Assembly: GCA_040954595.2 (NCBI GenBank)
Contig: CM082597.2
Coordinates: 5,957,244 to 6,021,243, forward strand
Length of the DNA: 64,000 nt
Reading direction: 5' to 3'
DNA from: Balanoglossus misakiensis
Taxonomy: Eukaryota > Animalia > Hemichordata
Notes under the pieces: model-generated
Database searches by the model: none
Seen by the model: the letters and a program-made list of their open reading frames with translations, nothing else
Told to the model about the DNA's origin: nothing
Program-made: the position numbers and the translations under genes
Shown: positions 37,801 to 52,800 of the stretch, one piece after another
How positions within the stretch are numbered: the stretch's first letter is position 1
Layout of the letters: every line of letters starts with the position of its first letter

Positions 37801-40800
37801 TTTATCAAAAAACCACCAAATTTTGAAATTTCGCGAGGTCGAAAAATTGACATTTCTGGATGATTTTCATGAGCTATAACCCATGGTTTTTATCAAAAAA
37901 ACACCAAATTTTAAAATTTCGCGAGGTCGAAAAATTGACATTTCTGGATGATTTTCATGAGCTATAACCCATGGTTTTTATCGAAAAACCACCAAATTTT
38001 GAAATTTCGCGAGGTCGAAAAATTGACATTTCTGGATGATTTTCATGAGCTATAACCCATGGTTTTTATCGAAAAACCACCAAATTTTGAAATTTCGCGA
38101 GGTCGAAAAATTGACATTTCTGGATGATTTTCATGAGCTATAACCCATGGTTTTTATCGAAAAACCACCAAAATTTGAAATTTCGCGAGGTCGAAAAATT
38201 GACATTTCTGGATGATTTTCATGAGCTATAACCCATGGTTTTTATCGAAAAACCACCAAAATTTGAAAATTATCGAAGTCGAAAAATTGACACTTCTGGA
38301 TGATTTTCATGAGCTATAACCCATGGTTTTTATCAAAAAACCACCAAATTTTGAAATTTCGCGAGGTCGAAAAATTGACATTTCTGGATGATTTTCATGA
38401 GCTATAACCCATGGTTTTTATCGAAAAACCACTAAATTTTGAAATTTCGCGAGGTCGAAAAATTGACATTTCTGGATGATATTCATGAGCTATAACCCAT
38501 GGTTTTTATCGAAAAACCACTAAATTTTGAAATTTCGCGAGGTCGAAAAATTGACATTTCTGGATGATTTTCATGAGCTATAACCCATGGTTTTTATCGA
38601 AAAACCACCAAATTTTGAAATTTCGCGAGGTCGAAAAATTGACATTTCTGGATGATTTTCATGAGCTATAACCCATGGTTTTTATCAAAAAACCACCAAA
38701 TTTTGACATTTCGCGAGGTCGAAAAATTGACATTTCTGGATGATATTCATGAGCTATAACCCATGGTTTTAATCAAAAAACCACCAAATTTTGAAATTTC
38801 GCGAGGTCGAAAAATTGACATTTCTGGATGATTTCCATGAGCTATAACCCATGGTTTTATCAAAAAACCACCAAATTTTAAAATTTCGCGAGGTCGAAAA
38901 ATTGACATTTCTGGATGATTTTCATGAGCTATAACCCATGGATTTTATCAAAAAACCACCAAATTTTGACATTTCGCGAGGTCGAAAAATTGACATTTCT
39001 GGATGATTTTCATGAGCTATAACCCATGGTTTTTATCAAAAAACCACCAAATTTTGAAATTTCGCGAGGTCGAAAAATTGACATTTCCGGATGATTTCCA
39101 TGAGCTATAACCCATGGTTTTTATCAAAAAAACACCAAATTTTAAAATTTCGCGAGGTCGATAAATTGACATTTCTGGATGATTTTCATGAGCTATAACC
39201 CATGGTTTTTATCGAAAAACCACCAAATTTTGAAATTTCGCGAGGTCGAAAAATTGACATTTCTGGATGATTTTCATGAGCTATAACCCATGGTTTTTAT
39301 CGAAAAACCACCAAAATTTGAAAATTATCGAAGTCGAAAAATTGACACTTCTGGATGATTTTCATGAGCTATAACCCATGGTTTTTATCAAAAAACCACC
39401 AAATTTTGAAATTTCGCGAGGTCGAAAAATTGACATTTCTGGATGATTTCCATGAGCTATAACCCATGGTTTTTATCAAAAAACCACCAAATTTTAAAAT
39501 TTCGCGAGGTCGAAAAATTGACATTTCTGGATGATTTTCATGAGCTATAACCCATGGTTTTTATCGAAAAACCACCAAATTTTGAAATTTCGCGAGGTCG
39601 AAAAATTGACATTTCTGGATGATTTTCATGAGCTATAACCCATGGTTTTTATCGAAAAACCACCAAAATTTGAAAATTATTGAAGTCGAAAAATTGACAC
39701 TCTTGTATGATTTTCATGAGCTATAACCCATGGTTTTTATCGAAAAACCACCAAATTTTGAAATTTCGCGTGGTCGAAAAATTGACATTTCTGGATGATT
39801 TTCATGAGCTATAACCCATGGTTTTTATTGAAAAACCACCAAATTTTGAAATTTCGCGAGGTCGAAAAATTGACATTTCTGGATTATTTTCATGAGCTAT
39901 AACCCATGGTTTTTATCGAAAAACCACCAAATTTTGAAATTTCGCGAGGTCGAAAAATTGACATTTCTGGATGATTTTCATGAGCTATAACCCATGGTTT
40001 TTATCGAAAAACCACCAAATTTTGAAATTTCGCGAGGTCGAAAAATTGACATTTCTGGATGATTTTCATGAGCTATAACCCATGGTTTTTATCAAAAAAC
40101 CACCAAATTTTGACATTTCTCGAGGTCGAAAAATTGACATTTCTGGATGATTTTCATGAGCTACAACCCATGGTTTTTATCAAAAAACCACCAAATTTTG
40201 AAATTTTGCGAAGACCAAAAAATTGACACTTCTGGATGATTTTCATGAGCTATAACCCATGGTTTTTATCAAAAAACCACCAAATTTTGAAATTTCGCGA
40301 GGTCGAAAAATTGACATTCCTGGATGATTTTCATGAGCTATAACCCATGGTTTTTATCGAAAAACCACCAAATTTTGAAATTTCGCGAGGTCGAAAAATT
40401 GACATTTCTGGATGATTTTCATGAGCTATAACCCATGGTTTTTATCGAAAAACCACCAAATTTTGAAATTTCGCGAGGTCGAAAAATTGACATTTCTGGA
40501 TGATTTTCATGAGCTATAACCCATGGTTTTTATCGAAAAACCACCAAAATTTGAAAATTATCGAAGTCGAAAAATTGACACTTCTGGATGATTTTCATGA
40601 GCTATAACCCATGGTTTTTATCAAAAAACCACCAAATTTTGAAATTTCGCGAGGTCGAAAAATTGACATTTCTGGATGATTTTCATGAGCTATAACCCAT
40701 GGTTTTTATCAAAAAAACACCAAATTTTAAAATTTCGCGAGGTCGAAAAATTGACATTTCTGGATGATTTTCATGAGCTATAACCCATGGTTTTTATCGA

Positions 40801-43800
40801 AAAACCACCAAATTTTGAAATTTCGCGAGGTCGAAAAATTGACATTTCTGGATGATTTTCATGAGCTATAACCCATGGTTTTTATCGAAAAACCACCAAA
40901 TTTTGAAATTTCGCGAGGTCGAAAAATTGACATTTCTGGATGATTTTCATGAGCTATAACCCATGGTTTTTATCGAAAAACCACCAAAATTTGAAATTTC
41001 GCGAGGTCGAAAAATTGACATTTCTGGATGATTTTCATGAGCTATAACCCATGGTTTTTATCGAAAAACCACCAAAATTTGAAAATTATCGAAGTCGAAA
41101 AATTGACACTTCTGGATGATTTTCATGAGCTATAACCCATGGTTTTTATCAAAAAACCACCAAATTTTGAAATTTCGCGAGGTCGAAAAATTGACATTTC
41201 TGGATGATTTTCATGAGCTATAACCCATGGTTTTTATCGAAAAACCACTAAATTTTGAAATTTCGCGAGGTCGAAAAATTGACATTTCTGGATGATATTC
41301 ATGAGCTATAACCCATGGTTTTTATCGAAAAACCACTAAATTTTGAAATTTCGCGAGGTCGAAAAATTGACATTTCTGGATGATTTTCATGAGCTATAAC
41401 CCATGGTTTTTATCGAAAAACCACCAAATTTTGAAATTTCGCGAGGTCGAAAAATTGACATTTCTGGATGATTTTCATGAGCTATAACCCATGGTTTTTA
41501 TCAAAAAACCACCAAATTTTGACATTTCGCGAGGTCGAAAAATTGACATTTCTGGATGATATTCATGAGCTATAACCCATGGTTTTAATTAAAAAAACCA
41601 CCAAATTTTGAAATTTCGCGAGGTCGAAAAATTGACATTTCTGGATGATTTCCATGAGCTATAACCCATGGTTTTTATCAAAAAACCACCAAATTTTAAA
41701 ATTTCGCGAGGTCGAAAAATTGACATTTCTGGATGATTTTCATGAGCTATAACCCATGGTTTTTATCAAAAAACCACCAAATTTTGACATTTCGCGAAGT
41801 CGAAAAATTGACATTTCTGGATGATTTTCATGAGCTATAACCCATGGTTTTTATCAAAACACCACCAAATTTTGAAATTTCGCGAGGTCGAAAAATTGAC
41901 ATTTCCGGATGATTTCCATGAGCTATAACCCATGGTTTTATCAAAAAAACACCAAATTTTAAAATTTCGCGAGGTCGATAAATTGACATTTCTGGATGAT
42001 TTTCATGAGCTATAACCCATGGTTTTTATCGAAAAACCACCAAATTTTGAAATTTCGCGAGGTCGAAAAATTGACATTTCTGGATGATTTTCATGAGCTA
42101 TAACCCATGGTTTTTATCGAAAAACCACCAAAATTTGAAAATTATCGAAGTCGAAAAATTGACACTTCTGGATGATTTTCATGAGCTATAACCCATGGTT
42201 TTTATCAAAAAACCACCAAATTTTGAAATTTCGCGAGGTCGAAAAATTGACATTTCTGGATGATTTTCATGAGCTATAACCCATGGTTTTTATCGAAAAA
42301 CCACTAAATTTTGAAATTTCGCGAGGTCGAAAAATTGACATTTCTGGATGATTTTCATGAGCTATAACCAATGGTTTTTATCGAAAAACCACTAAATTTT
42401 GAAATTTCGCGAGGTCGAAAAATTGACATTTCTGGATGATTTTCATGAGCTATAACCCATGGTTTTTATCGAAAAACCACCAAATTTTGAAATTTCGCGA
42501 GGTCGAAAAATTGACATTTCTGGATGATTTTCATGAGCTATAACCCATGGTTTTTATCAAAAAACCACCAAATTTTAAAATTTCGCGAGGTCGAAAAATT
42601 GTCATTTCTGGATGATTTTCATGAGCTATAACCCATGGTTTTTATCGAAAAACCACCAAAATTTGAAAATTATCGAAGTCGAAAAATTGACACTTCTGGA
42701 TGATTTTCATGAGCTATAACCCATGGTTTTTATCAAAAAACCACCAAATTTTGAAATTTCGCGAGGTCGAAAAATTGACATTTCTGGATGATTTTCATGA
42801 GCTATAACCCATGGTTTTTATCGAAAAACCACCAAATTTTGAAATTTCGCGAGGTCGAAAAATTGACATTTCTGGATGATTTTCATGAGCTATAACCCAT
42901 GGTTTTTATCGAAAAACCACCAAATTTTGAAATTTCGCGAGGTCGAAAAATTGACATTTCTGGATGATTTTCATGAGCTATAACCCATGGTTTTTATCGA
43001 AAAACCACTAAATTTTGAAATTTCGCGAGGTCGAAAAATTGACATTTCTGGATGATTTTCATGAGCTATAACACATGGTTTTTATCGAAAAACCACCAAA
43101 TTTTGAAATTTCGCGAGGTCGAAAAATTGACATTTCTGGATGATTTCCATGAGCTATAACCCATGGTTTTTATCAAAAAACCACCAAATTTTAAAATTTC
43201 GCGAGGTCGAAAAATTGACATTTCTGGATGATTTTCATGAGCTATAACCCATGGTTTTTATCGAAAAACCACCAAATTTTGAAATTTCGCGAGGTCGAAA
43301 AATTGACATTTCTGGATGATTTTCATGAGCTATAACCCATGGTTTTTATCGAAAAACCACCAAATTTTGAAATTTCGCGAGGTCGAAAAATTGACATTTC
43401 TGGATGATTTTCATGAGCTATAACCCATGGTTTTTATCGAAAAACCACTAAATTTTGAAATTTCGCGAGGTCGAAAAATTGACATTTCTGGATGATATTC
43501 ATGAGCTATAACCCATGGTTTTTATCGAAAAACCACTAAATTTTGAAATTTCGCGAGGTCGAAAAATTGACATTTCTGGATGATTTTCATGAGCTATAAC
43601 CCATGGTTTTTATCGAAAAACCACCAAATTTTGAAATTTCGCGAGGTCGAAAAATTGACATTTCTGGATGATTTTCATGAGCTATAACCCATGGTTTTTA
43701 TCAAAAAACCACCAAATTTTGACATTTCGCGAGGTCGAAAAATTGACATTTCTGGATGATATTCATGAGCTATAACCCATGGTTTTAATTAAAAAAACCA

Positions 43801-46800
43801 CCAAATTTTGAAATTTCGCGAGGTCGAAAAATTGACATTTCTGGATGATTTCCATGAGCTATAACCCATGGTTTTTATCAAAAAACCACCAAATTTTAAA
43901 ATTTCGCGAGGTCGAAAAATTGACATTTCTGGATGATTTTCATGAGCTATAACCCATGGTTTTTATCAAAAAACCACCAAATTTTGACATTTCGCGAAGT
44001 CGAAAAATTGACATTTCTGGATGATTTTCATGAGCTATAACCCATGGTTTTTATCAAAACACCACCAAATTTTGAAATTTCGCGAGGTCGAAAAATTGAC
44101 ATTTCCGGATGATTTCCATGAGCTATAACCCATGGTTTTATCAAAAAAACACCAAATTTTAAAATTTCGCGAGGTCGATAAATTGACATTTCTGGATGAT
44201 TTTCATGAGCTATAACCCATGGTTTTTATCGAAAAACCACCAAATTTTGAAATTTCGCGAGGTCGAAAAATTGACATTTCTGGATGATTTTCATGAGCTA
44301 TAACCCATGGTTTTTATCGAAAAACCACCAAAATTTGAAAATTATCGAAGTCGAAAAATTGACACTTCTGGATGATTTTCATGAGCTATAACCCATGGTT
44401 TTTATCAAAAAACCACCAAATTTTGAAATTTCGCGAGGTCGAAAAATTGACATTTCTGGATGATTTTCATGAGCTATAACCCATGGTTTTTATCGAAAAA
44501 CCACTAAATTTTGAAATTTCGCGAGGTCGAAAAATTGACATTTCTGGATGATTTTCATGAGCTATAACCCATGGTTTTTATCGAAAAACCACTAAATTTT
44601 GAAATTTCGCGAGGTCGAAAAATTGACATTTCTGGATGATTTTCATGAGCTATAACCCATGGTTTTTATCGAAAAACCACCAAATTTTGAAATTTCGCGA
44701 GGTCGAAAAATTGACATTTCTGGATGATTTTCATGAGCTATAACCCATGGTTTTTATCAAAAAACCACCAAATTTTAAAATTTCGCGAGGTCGAAAAATT
44801 GTCATTTCTGGATGATTTTCATGAGCTATAACCCATGGTTTTTATCGAAAAACCACCAAAATTTGAAAATTATCGAAGTCGAAAAATTGACACTTCTGGA
44901 TGATTTTCATGAGCTATAACCCATGGTTTTTATCAAAAAACCACCAAATTTTGAAATTTCGCGAGGTCGAAAAATTGACATTTCTGGATGATTTTCATGA
45001 GCTATAACCCATGGTTTTTATCGAAAAACCACCAAATTTTGAAATTTCGCGAGGTCGAAAAATTGACATTTCTGGATGATTTTCATGAGCTATAACCCAT
45101 GGTTTTTATCGAAAAACCACCAAATTTTGAAATTTCGCGAGGTCGAAAAATTGACATTTCTGGATGATTTTCATGAGCTATAACCCATGGTTTTTATCGA
45201 AAAACCACTAAATTTTGAAATTTCGCGAGGTCGAAAAATTGACATTTCTGGATGATTTTCATGAGCTATAACACATGGTTTTTATCGAAAAACCACCAAA
45301 TTTTGAAATTTCGCGAGGTCGAAAAATTGACATTTCTGGATGATTTCCATGAGCTATAACCCATGGTTTTTATCAAAAAACCACCAAATTTTAAAATTTC
45401 GCGAGGTCGAAAAATTGACATTTCTGGATGATTTTCATGAGCTATAACCCATGGTTTTTATCGAAAAACCACCAAATTTTGAAATTTCGCGAGGTCGAAA
45501 AATTGACATTTCTGGATGATTTTCATGAGCTATAACCCATGGTTTTTATCGAAAAACCACCAAATTTTGAAATTTCGCGAGGTCGAAAAATTTACATTTC
45601 TGGATGATTTTCATGAGCTATAACCCATGGTTTTTATCGAAAAACCACCAAATTTTGAAATTTCGCGAGGTCGAAAAATTGACATTTCTGTATGATTTTC
45701 ATGAGTTATAACCCATGGTTTTTATCAAAAAACCACTAAATTTTGAAATTTCGCGAGGTCGAAAAATTGACATTTCTGGATGATTTTCATGAGCTATAAC
45801 CCATGGTTTTTATCGAAAAACCACCAAATTTTGAAATTTCGCGAGGTCGAAAAATTTACATTTCTGGATGATTTTCATGAGCTATAACCCATGGTTTTTA
45901 TCGAAAAACCACCAAATTTTGAAATTTCGCGAGGTCGAAAAATTGACATTTCTGGATGATTTTCATGAGCTATAACCCATGGATTTTATCAAAAAACCAC
46001 CAAATTTTGACATTTCGCGAGGTCGAAAAATTGACATTTCTGGATGATTTTCATGAGCTATAACCCATGGTTTTTATCAAAAAACCACCAAATTTTGAAA
46101 TTTCGGGAGGTCGAAAAATTGACATTTCTGGATGATTTCCAAGAGCTATAACCCATGGTTTTTATCAAAAAACCACTAAATTTTAAAATTTCGCGAGGTC
46201 GAAAAATTGACATTTCTGGATGATTTTCATGAGCTATAACCCATGGTTTTTATCGAAAAACCACCAAATTTTGAAATTTCGCGAGGTCGAAAAATTGACA
46301 TTTCTGGATGATTTTCATGAGCTATAACCCATGGTTTTTATCGAAAAACCACCAAATTTTGAAATTTCGCGAAGACCGAAAAATTGACACTTCTGGATGA
46401 TTTTCATGAGCTATAACCCATGGTTTTTATCAAAAAACCACCAAATTTTGAAATTTCGCGAGGTCGAAAAATTGACATTTCTGGATGATTTTCATGAGCT
46501 ATAACCCATGGTTTTTATCGAAAAACCACCAAATTTTGAAATTTCGCGAGGTCAAAAAATTGACATTTCTGGATGATTTTCATGAGCAATAACCCATGGT
46601 TTTTAACGAAAAACCACCACATTTTGAAATTTCGCGAGGTCGAAAAATTGACATTTCTGGATGATTTTCATGAGCTATAACCCATGGTTTTTATCAAAAA
46701 ACCACCAAATTTTGAAATTTCGCGAGGTCGAAAAATTGACATTTCTGGATGATTTTCATGAGCTATAACCCATGGTTTTTATCGAAAAACCACCAAATTT

Positions 46801-49800
46801 TGAAATTTCGCGAAGACCAAAAAGTTGACACTTCTGGATGATTTTCATGAGCTATAACCCATGGTTTTTATCAAAAAACCACCAAATTTTGAAATTTCGC
46901 GAGGTCGAAAAATTGACATTTCTGGATGATTTTCATGAGCTATAACCCATGGTTTTTATCGAAAAACCACCAAAATTTGAAAATTATTGAAGTCGAAAAA
47001 TTGACACTTCTGGATGATTTTCATTAGCTATAACCCATGGTTTTTATCGAAAAACCACCAAATTTTGACATTTCGCGAGGTCGAAAAATTGACATTTATG
47101 GATGATTTTCATGAGCTATAACCCATGGTTTTTATCGAAAAACCACCAAATTTTGAAATTTCGCGAGGTCGAAAAATTGACATTTCTGGATGATTTTCAT
47201 GAGCTATAACCCATGGTTTTTATCGAAAAACCACCAAATTTTGAAATTTCGCGAGGTCGAAAAATTGACATTTCTGGATGATTTTCATGAGCTATAACCC
47301 ATGGTTTTTATCGAAAAACCACCAAATTTTGAAATTTCGCGAGGTCGAAAAATTGACATTTCTGGATGATTTTCATGAGCTATAACCCATGGTTTTTATC
47401 AAAAAACCACCAAATTTTGACATTTCTCGAGGTCGAAAAATTGACATTTCTGGATGATTTTCATGAGCTACAACCCATGGTTTTTATCAAAAAACCACCA
47501 AATTTTGAAATTTTGCGAAGACCAAAAAATTGACATTTCTGGATGATTTTCATGAGCTATAACCCATGGTTTTTATCGAAAAACCACCAAATTTTGAAAT
47601 TTCGCGAGGTCGAAAAATTGACATTTCTGGATGATTTTCATGAGCTATAACCCATGGTTTTTATCGAAAAACCACCAAATTTTGAAATTTCGCGAGGTCG
47701 AAAAATTGACATTTCTGGATGATTTTCATGAGCTATAACCCATGGTTTTTATCGAAAAACCACTAAATTTTGAAATTTCGCGAGGTCGAAAAATTGACAT
47801 TTCTGGATGATTTTCATGAGCTATAACACATGGTTTTTATCGAAAAACCACCAAATTTTGAAATTTCGCGAGGTCGAAAAATTGACATTTCTGGATGATT
47901 TCCATGAGCTATAACCCATGGTTTTTATCAAAAAACCACCAAATTTTAAAATTTCGCGAGGTCGAAAAATTGACATTTCTGGATGATTTTCATGAGCTAT
48001 AACCCATGGTTTTTATCGAAAAACCACCAAATTTTGAAATTTCGCGAGGTCGAAAAATTGACATTTCTGGATGATTTTCATGAGCTATAACCCATGGTTT
48101 TTATCGAAAAACCACCAAATTTTGAAATTTCGCGAGGTCGAAAAATTTACATTTCTGGATGATTTTCATGAGCTATAACCCATGGTTTTTATCGAAAAAC
48201 CACCAAATTTTGAAATTTCGCGAGGTCGAAAAATTGACATTTCTGTATGATTTTCATGAGCTATAACCCATGGTTTTTATCGAAAAACCACCAAATTTTG
48301 AAATTTCGCGAGGTCGAAAAATTTCCATTTCTGGATGATTTTCATGAGCTATAACCCATGGTTTTTATCGAAAAACCACCAAATTTTGAAATTTCGCGAG
48401 GTCGAAAAATTGACATTTCTGGATGATTTTCATGAGCTATAACCCATGGTTTTTATCAAAAAACCACCAAATTTTGACATTTCGCGAGGTCGAAAAATTG
48501 ACATTTCTGGATGATTTTCATGAGCTATAACCCATGGTTTTTATCAAAAAACCACCAAATTTTGAAATTTCGGGAGGTCGAAAAATTGACATTTCTGGAT
48601 GATTTCCAAGAGCTATAACCCATGGTTTTTATCAAAAAACCACTAAATTTTAAAATTTCGCGAGGTCGAAAAATTGACATTTCTGGATGATTTTCATGAG
48701 CTATAACCCATGGTTTTTATCGAAAAACCACCAAATTTTGAAATTTCGCGAGGTCGAAAAATTGACATTTCTGGATGATTTTCATGAGCTATAACCCATG
48801 GTTTTTATCGAAAAACCACTAAATTTTGAAATTTCGCGAGGTCGAAAAATTGACATTTCTGGATGATTTTCATGAGCTATAACACATGGTTTTTATCGAA
48901 AAACCACCAAATTTTGAAATTTCGCGAGGTCGAAAAATTGACATTTCTGGATGATTTCCATGAGCTATAACCCATGGTTTTTATCAAAAAACCACCAAAT
49001 TTTAAAATTTCGCGAGGTCGAAAAATTGACATTTCTGGATGATTTTCATGAGCTATAACCCATGGTTTTTATCGAAAAACCACCAAATTTTGAAATTTCG
49101 CGAGGTCGAAAAATTGACATTTCTGGATGATTTTCATGAGCTATAACCCATGGTTTTTATCGAAAAACCACCAAATTTTGAAATTTCGCGAAGACCAAAA
49201 AATTGACACTTCTGGATGATTTTCATGAGCTATAACCCATGGTTTATATCAAAAAACCACCAAATTTTGAAATTTCGCGAGGTCGAAAAATTGACATTTC
49301 TGGATGATTTTCATGAGCTATAACCCATGGTTTTTATCAAAAAAACACCAAATTTTAAAATTTCGCGAGGTCGAAAAATTGACATTTCTGGATGATTTTC
49401 ATGAGCTATAACCCATGGTTTTTATCGAAAAACCACCAAATTTTGAAATTTCGCGAGGTCGAAAAATTGACATTTCTGGATGATTTTCATGAGCTATAAC
49501 CCATGGTTTTTATCGAAAAACCACCAAATTTTGAAATTTCGCGAGGTCGAAAAATTGACATTTCTGGATGATTTTCATGAGCTATAACCCATGGTTTTTA
49601 TCGAAAAACCACCAAATTTTGAAATTTCGCGAGGTCGAAAAATTGACATTTCTGGATGATTTTCATGAGCTATAACCCATGGTTTTTATCGAAAAACCAC
49701 CAAATTTTGAAATTTCGCGAGGTCGAAAAATTGACATTTCTGGATGATTTTCATGAGCTATAACCCATGGTTTTTATCAAAAAAACACCAAATTTTGACA

Positions 49801-52800
49801 TTTCTCGAGGTCGAAAAATTGACATTTCTGGATGATTTTCATGAGCTACAACCCATGGTTTTTATCAAAAAACCACCAAATTTTGAAATTTTGCGAAGAC
49901 CAAAAAATTGACACTTCTGGATGATTTTCATGAGCTATAACCCATGGTCTTTATCAAAAAACCACCAAATTTTGAAATTTCGCGAGGTCGAAAAATTGAC
50001 ATTCCTGGATGATTTTCATGAGCTATAACCCTTGGTTTTTATCGAAAAACCACCAAATTTTGAAATTTCGCGAGGTCGAATAATTGACATTTCTGGATGA
50101 TTTTTATGAGCTATAACCCATGGTTTTTATCAAAAAACCACCAAATTTTGACATTTCGCGAGGTCGAAAAATTGACATTTCTGGATGATTTTCATGAGCT
50201 ATAACCCATGGTTTTTATCAAAAAACCACCAAATTTTGAAATTTCGCGAGGTCGAAAAATTGACATTTCTGGATGATTTCCATGAGCTATAACCCATGGT
50301 TTTTATCAAAAAAACACCAAATTTTAAAATTTCGCGAGGTCGAAAAATTGACATTTCTGGATGATTTTCATGAGCTATAACCCATGGTTTTTATCGAAAA
50401 ACCACCAAATTTTGAAATTTCGCGAGGTCGAAAAATTGACATTTCTGGATGATTTTCATGAGCTATAACCCATGGTTTTTATCGAAAAACCACCAAATTT
50501 TGAAATTTCGCGAGGTCGAAAAATTGACATTTCTGGATGATTTTCATGAGCTATAACCCATGGTTTTTATCGAAAAACCACCAAAATTTGAAAATTATCG
50601 AAGTCGAAAAATTGACACTTCTGGATGATTTTCATGAGCTATAACCCATGGTTTTTATCAAAAAACCACCAAATTTTGAAATTTCGCGAGGTCGAAAAAT
50701 TGACATTTCTGGATGATTTTCATGAGCTATAACCCATGGATTTTATCAAAAAAACACCAAATTATAAAATTTCGCGAGGTCGAAAAATTGACATTTCTGG
50801 ATGATTTTCATGAGCTATAACCCATGGTTTTTATCGAAAAACCACCAAATTTTGAAATTTCGCGAGGTCGAAAAATTGACATTTCTGGATGATTTTCATG
50901 AGCTATAACCCATGGTTTTTATCGAAAAACCACCAAATTTTGAAATTTCGCGAGGTCGAAAAATTGACATTTCTGGATGATTTTCATGAGCTATAACCCA
51001 TGGTTTTTATCGAAAAACCACCAAATTTTGAAATTTCGCGAGGTCGAAAAATTGACATTTCTGGATGATTTTCATGAGCTATAACCCATGGTTTTTATCG
51101 AAAAACCACCAAATTTTGAAATTTCGCGAGGTCGAAAAATTGACATTTCTGGATGATTTTCATGAGCTATAACCCATGGTTTTTATCGAAAAACCACCAA
51201 ATTTTGAAATTTCGCGAGGTCGAAAAATTGACATTTCTGGATGATTTTCATGAGCTATAACCCATGGTTTTTATCGAAAAACCACCAAATTTTGAAATTT
51301 CGCGAGGTCGAAAAATTGACATTTCTGGATGATTTTCATGAGCTATAACCCATGGTTTTTATCGAAAAACCACCAAATTTTGAAATTTCGCGAGGTCGAA
51401 AAATTGACATTTCTGGATGATTTTCATGAGCTATAACCCATGGTTTTTATCGAAAAACCACCAAATTTTGAAATTTCGCGAGGTCGAAAAATTGACATTT
51501 CTGGATGATTTTCATGAGCTATAACCCATGGTTTTTATCGAAAAACCACCAAATTTTGAAATTTCGCGAGGTCGAAAAATTGACATTTCTGGATGATTTT
51601 CATGAGCTATAACCCATGGTTTTTATCGAAAAACCACCAAAATTTGAAAATTATCGAAGTCGAAAAATTGACACTTCTGGATGATTTTCATGAGCTATAA
51701 CCCATGGTTTTTATAAAAAAACCACCAAATTTTGAAATTTCGCGAGGTCGAAAAATTGACATTTCTGGATGATTTTCATGAGCTATAACCCATGGTTTTT
51801 ATCGAAAAACCACTAAATTTTGAAATTTCGCGAGGTCGAAAAATTGACATTTCTGGATGATTTTCATGAGCTATAACCCATGGTTTTTATCGAAAAACCA
51901 CTAAATTTTGAAATTTCGCGAGGTCGAAAAATTGACATTTCTGGATGATTTTCATGAGCTATAACCCATGGTTTTTATCGAAAAACCACCAAATTTTGAA
52001 ATTTCGCGAGGTCGAAAAATTGACATTTCTGGATGATTTTCATGAGCTATAACCCATGGTTTTTATCAAAAAACCACCAAATTTTGACATTTCGCGAGGT
52101 CGAAAAATTGACATTTCTGGATGATTTTCATGAGCTATAACCCATGGTTTTTATCAAAAAACCACCAAATTTTGAAATTTCGCGAGGTCGAAAAATTGAC
52201 ATTTCTGGATGATTTCCATGAGCTATAACCCATGGTTTTTATCAAAAAACCACCAAATTTTAAAATTTCGCGAGGTCGAAAAATTTACATTTCTGGATGA
52301 TTTTCATGAGCTATAACCCATGGTTTTTATCGAAAAACCACCAAAATTTGAAAATTATCGAAGTCGAAAAATTGACACTTCTGGATGATTTTCATGAGCT
52401 ATAACCCATGGTTTTTTATCAAAAAACCACCAAATTTTGACATTTCGCGAGGTCGAAAAATTGACATTTCTGGATGATTTTCATGAGCTATAACCCATGG
52501 TTTTTATCGAAAAACCACCAAATTTTGAAATTTCGCGAGGTCGAAAAATTGACATTTCTGGATGATTTTCATGAGCTATAACCCATGGTTTTTATCGAAA
52601 AACCACTAAATTTTGAAATTTCGCGAGGTCGAAAAATTGACATTTCTGGATGATTTTCATGAGCTATAACCCATGGTTTTTATCGAAAAACCACCTAATT
52701 TTGAAATTTCGCGAGGTCGAAAAATTGACATTTCTGGATGATTTTCATGAGCTATAACCCATGGTTTTTATCGAAAAACCACCAAATTTTGAAATTTCGA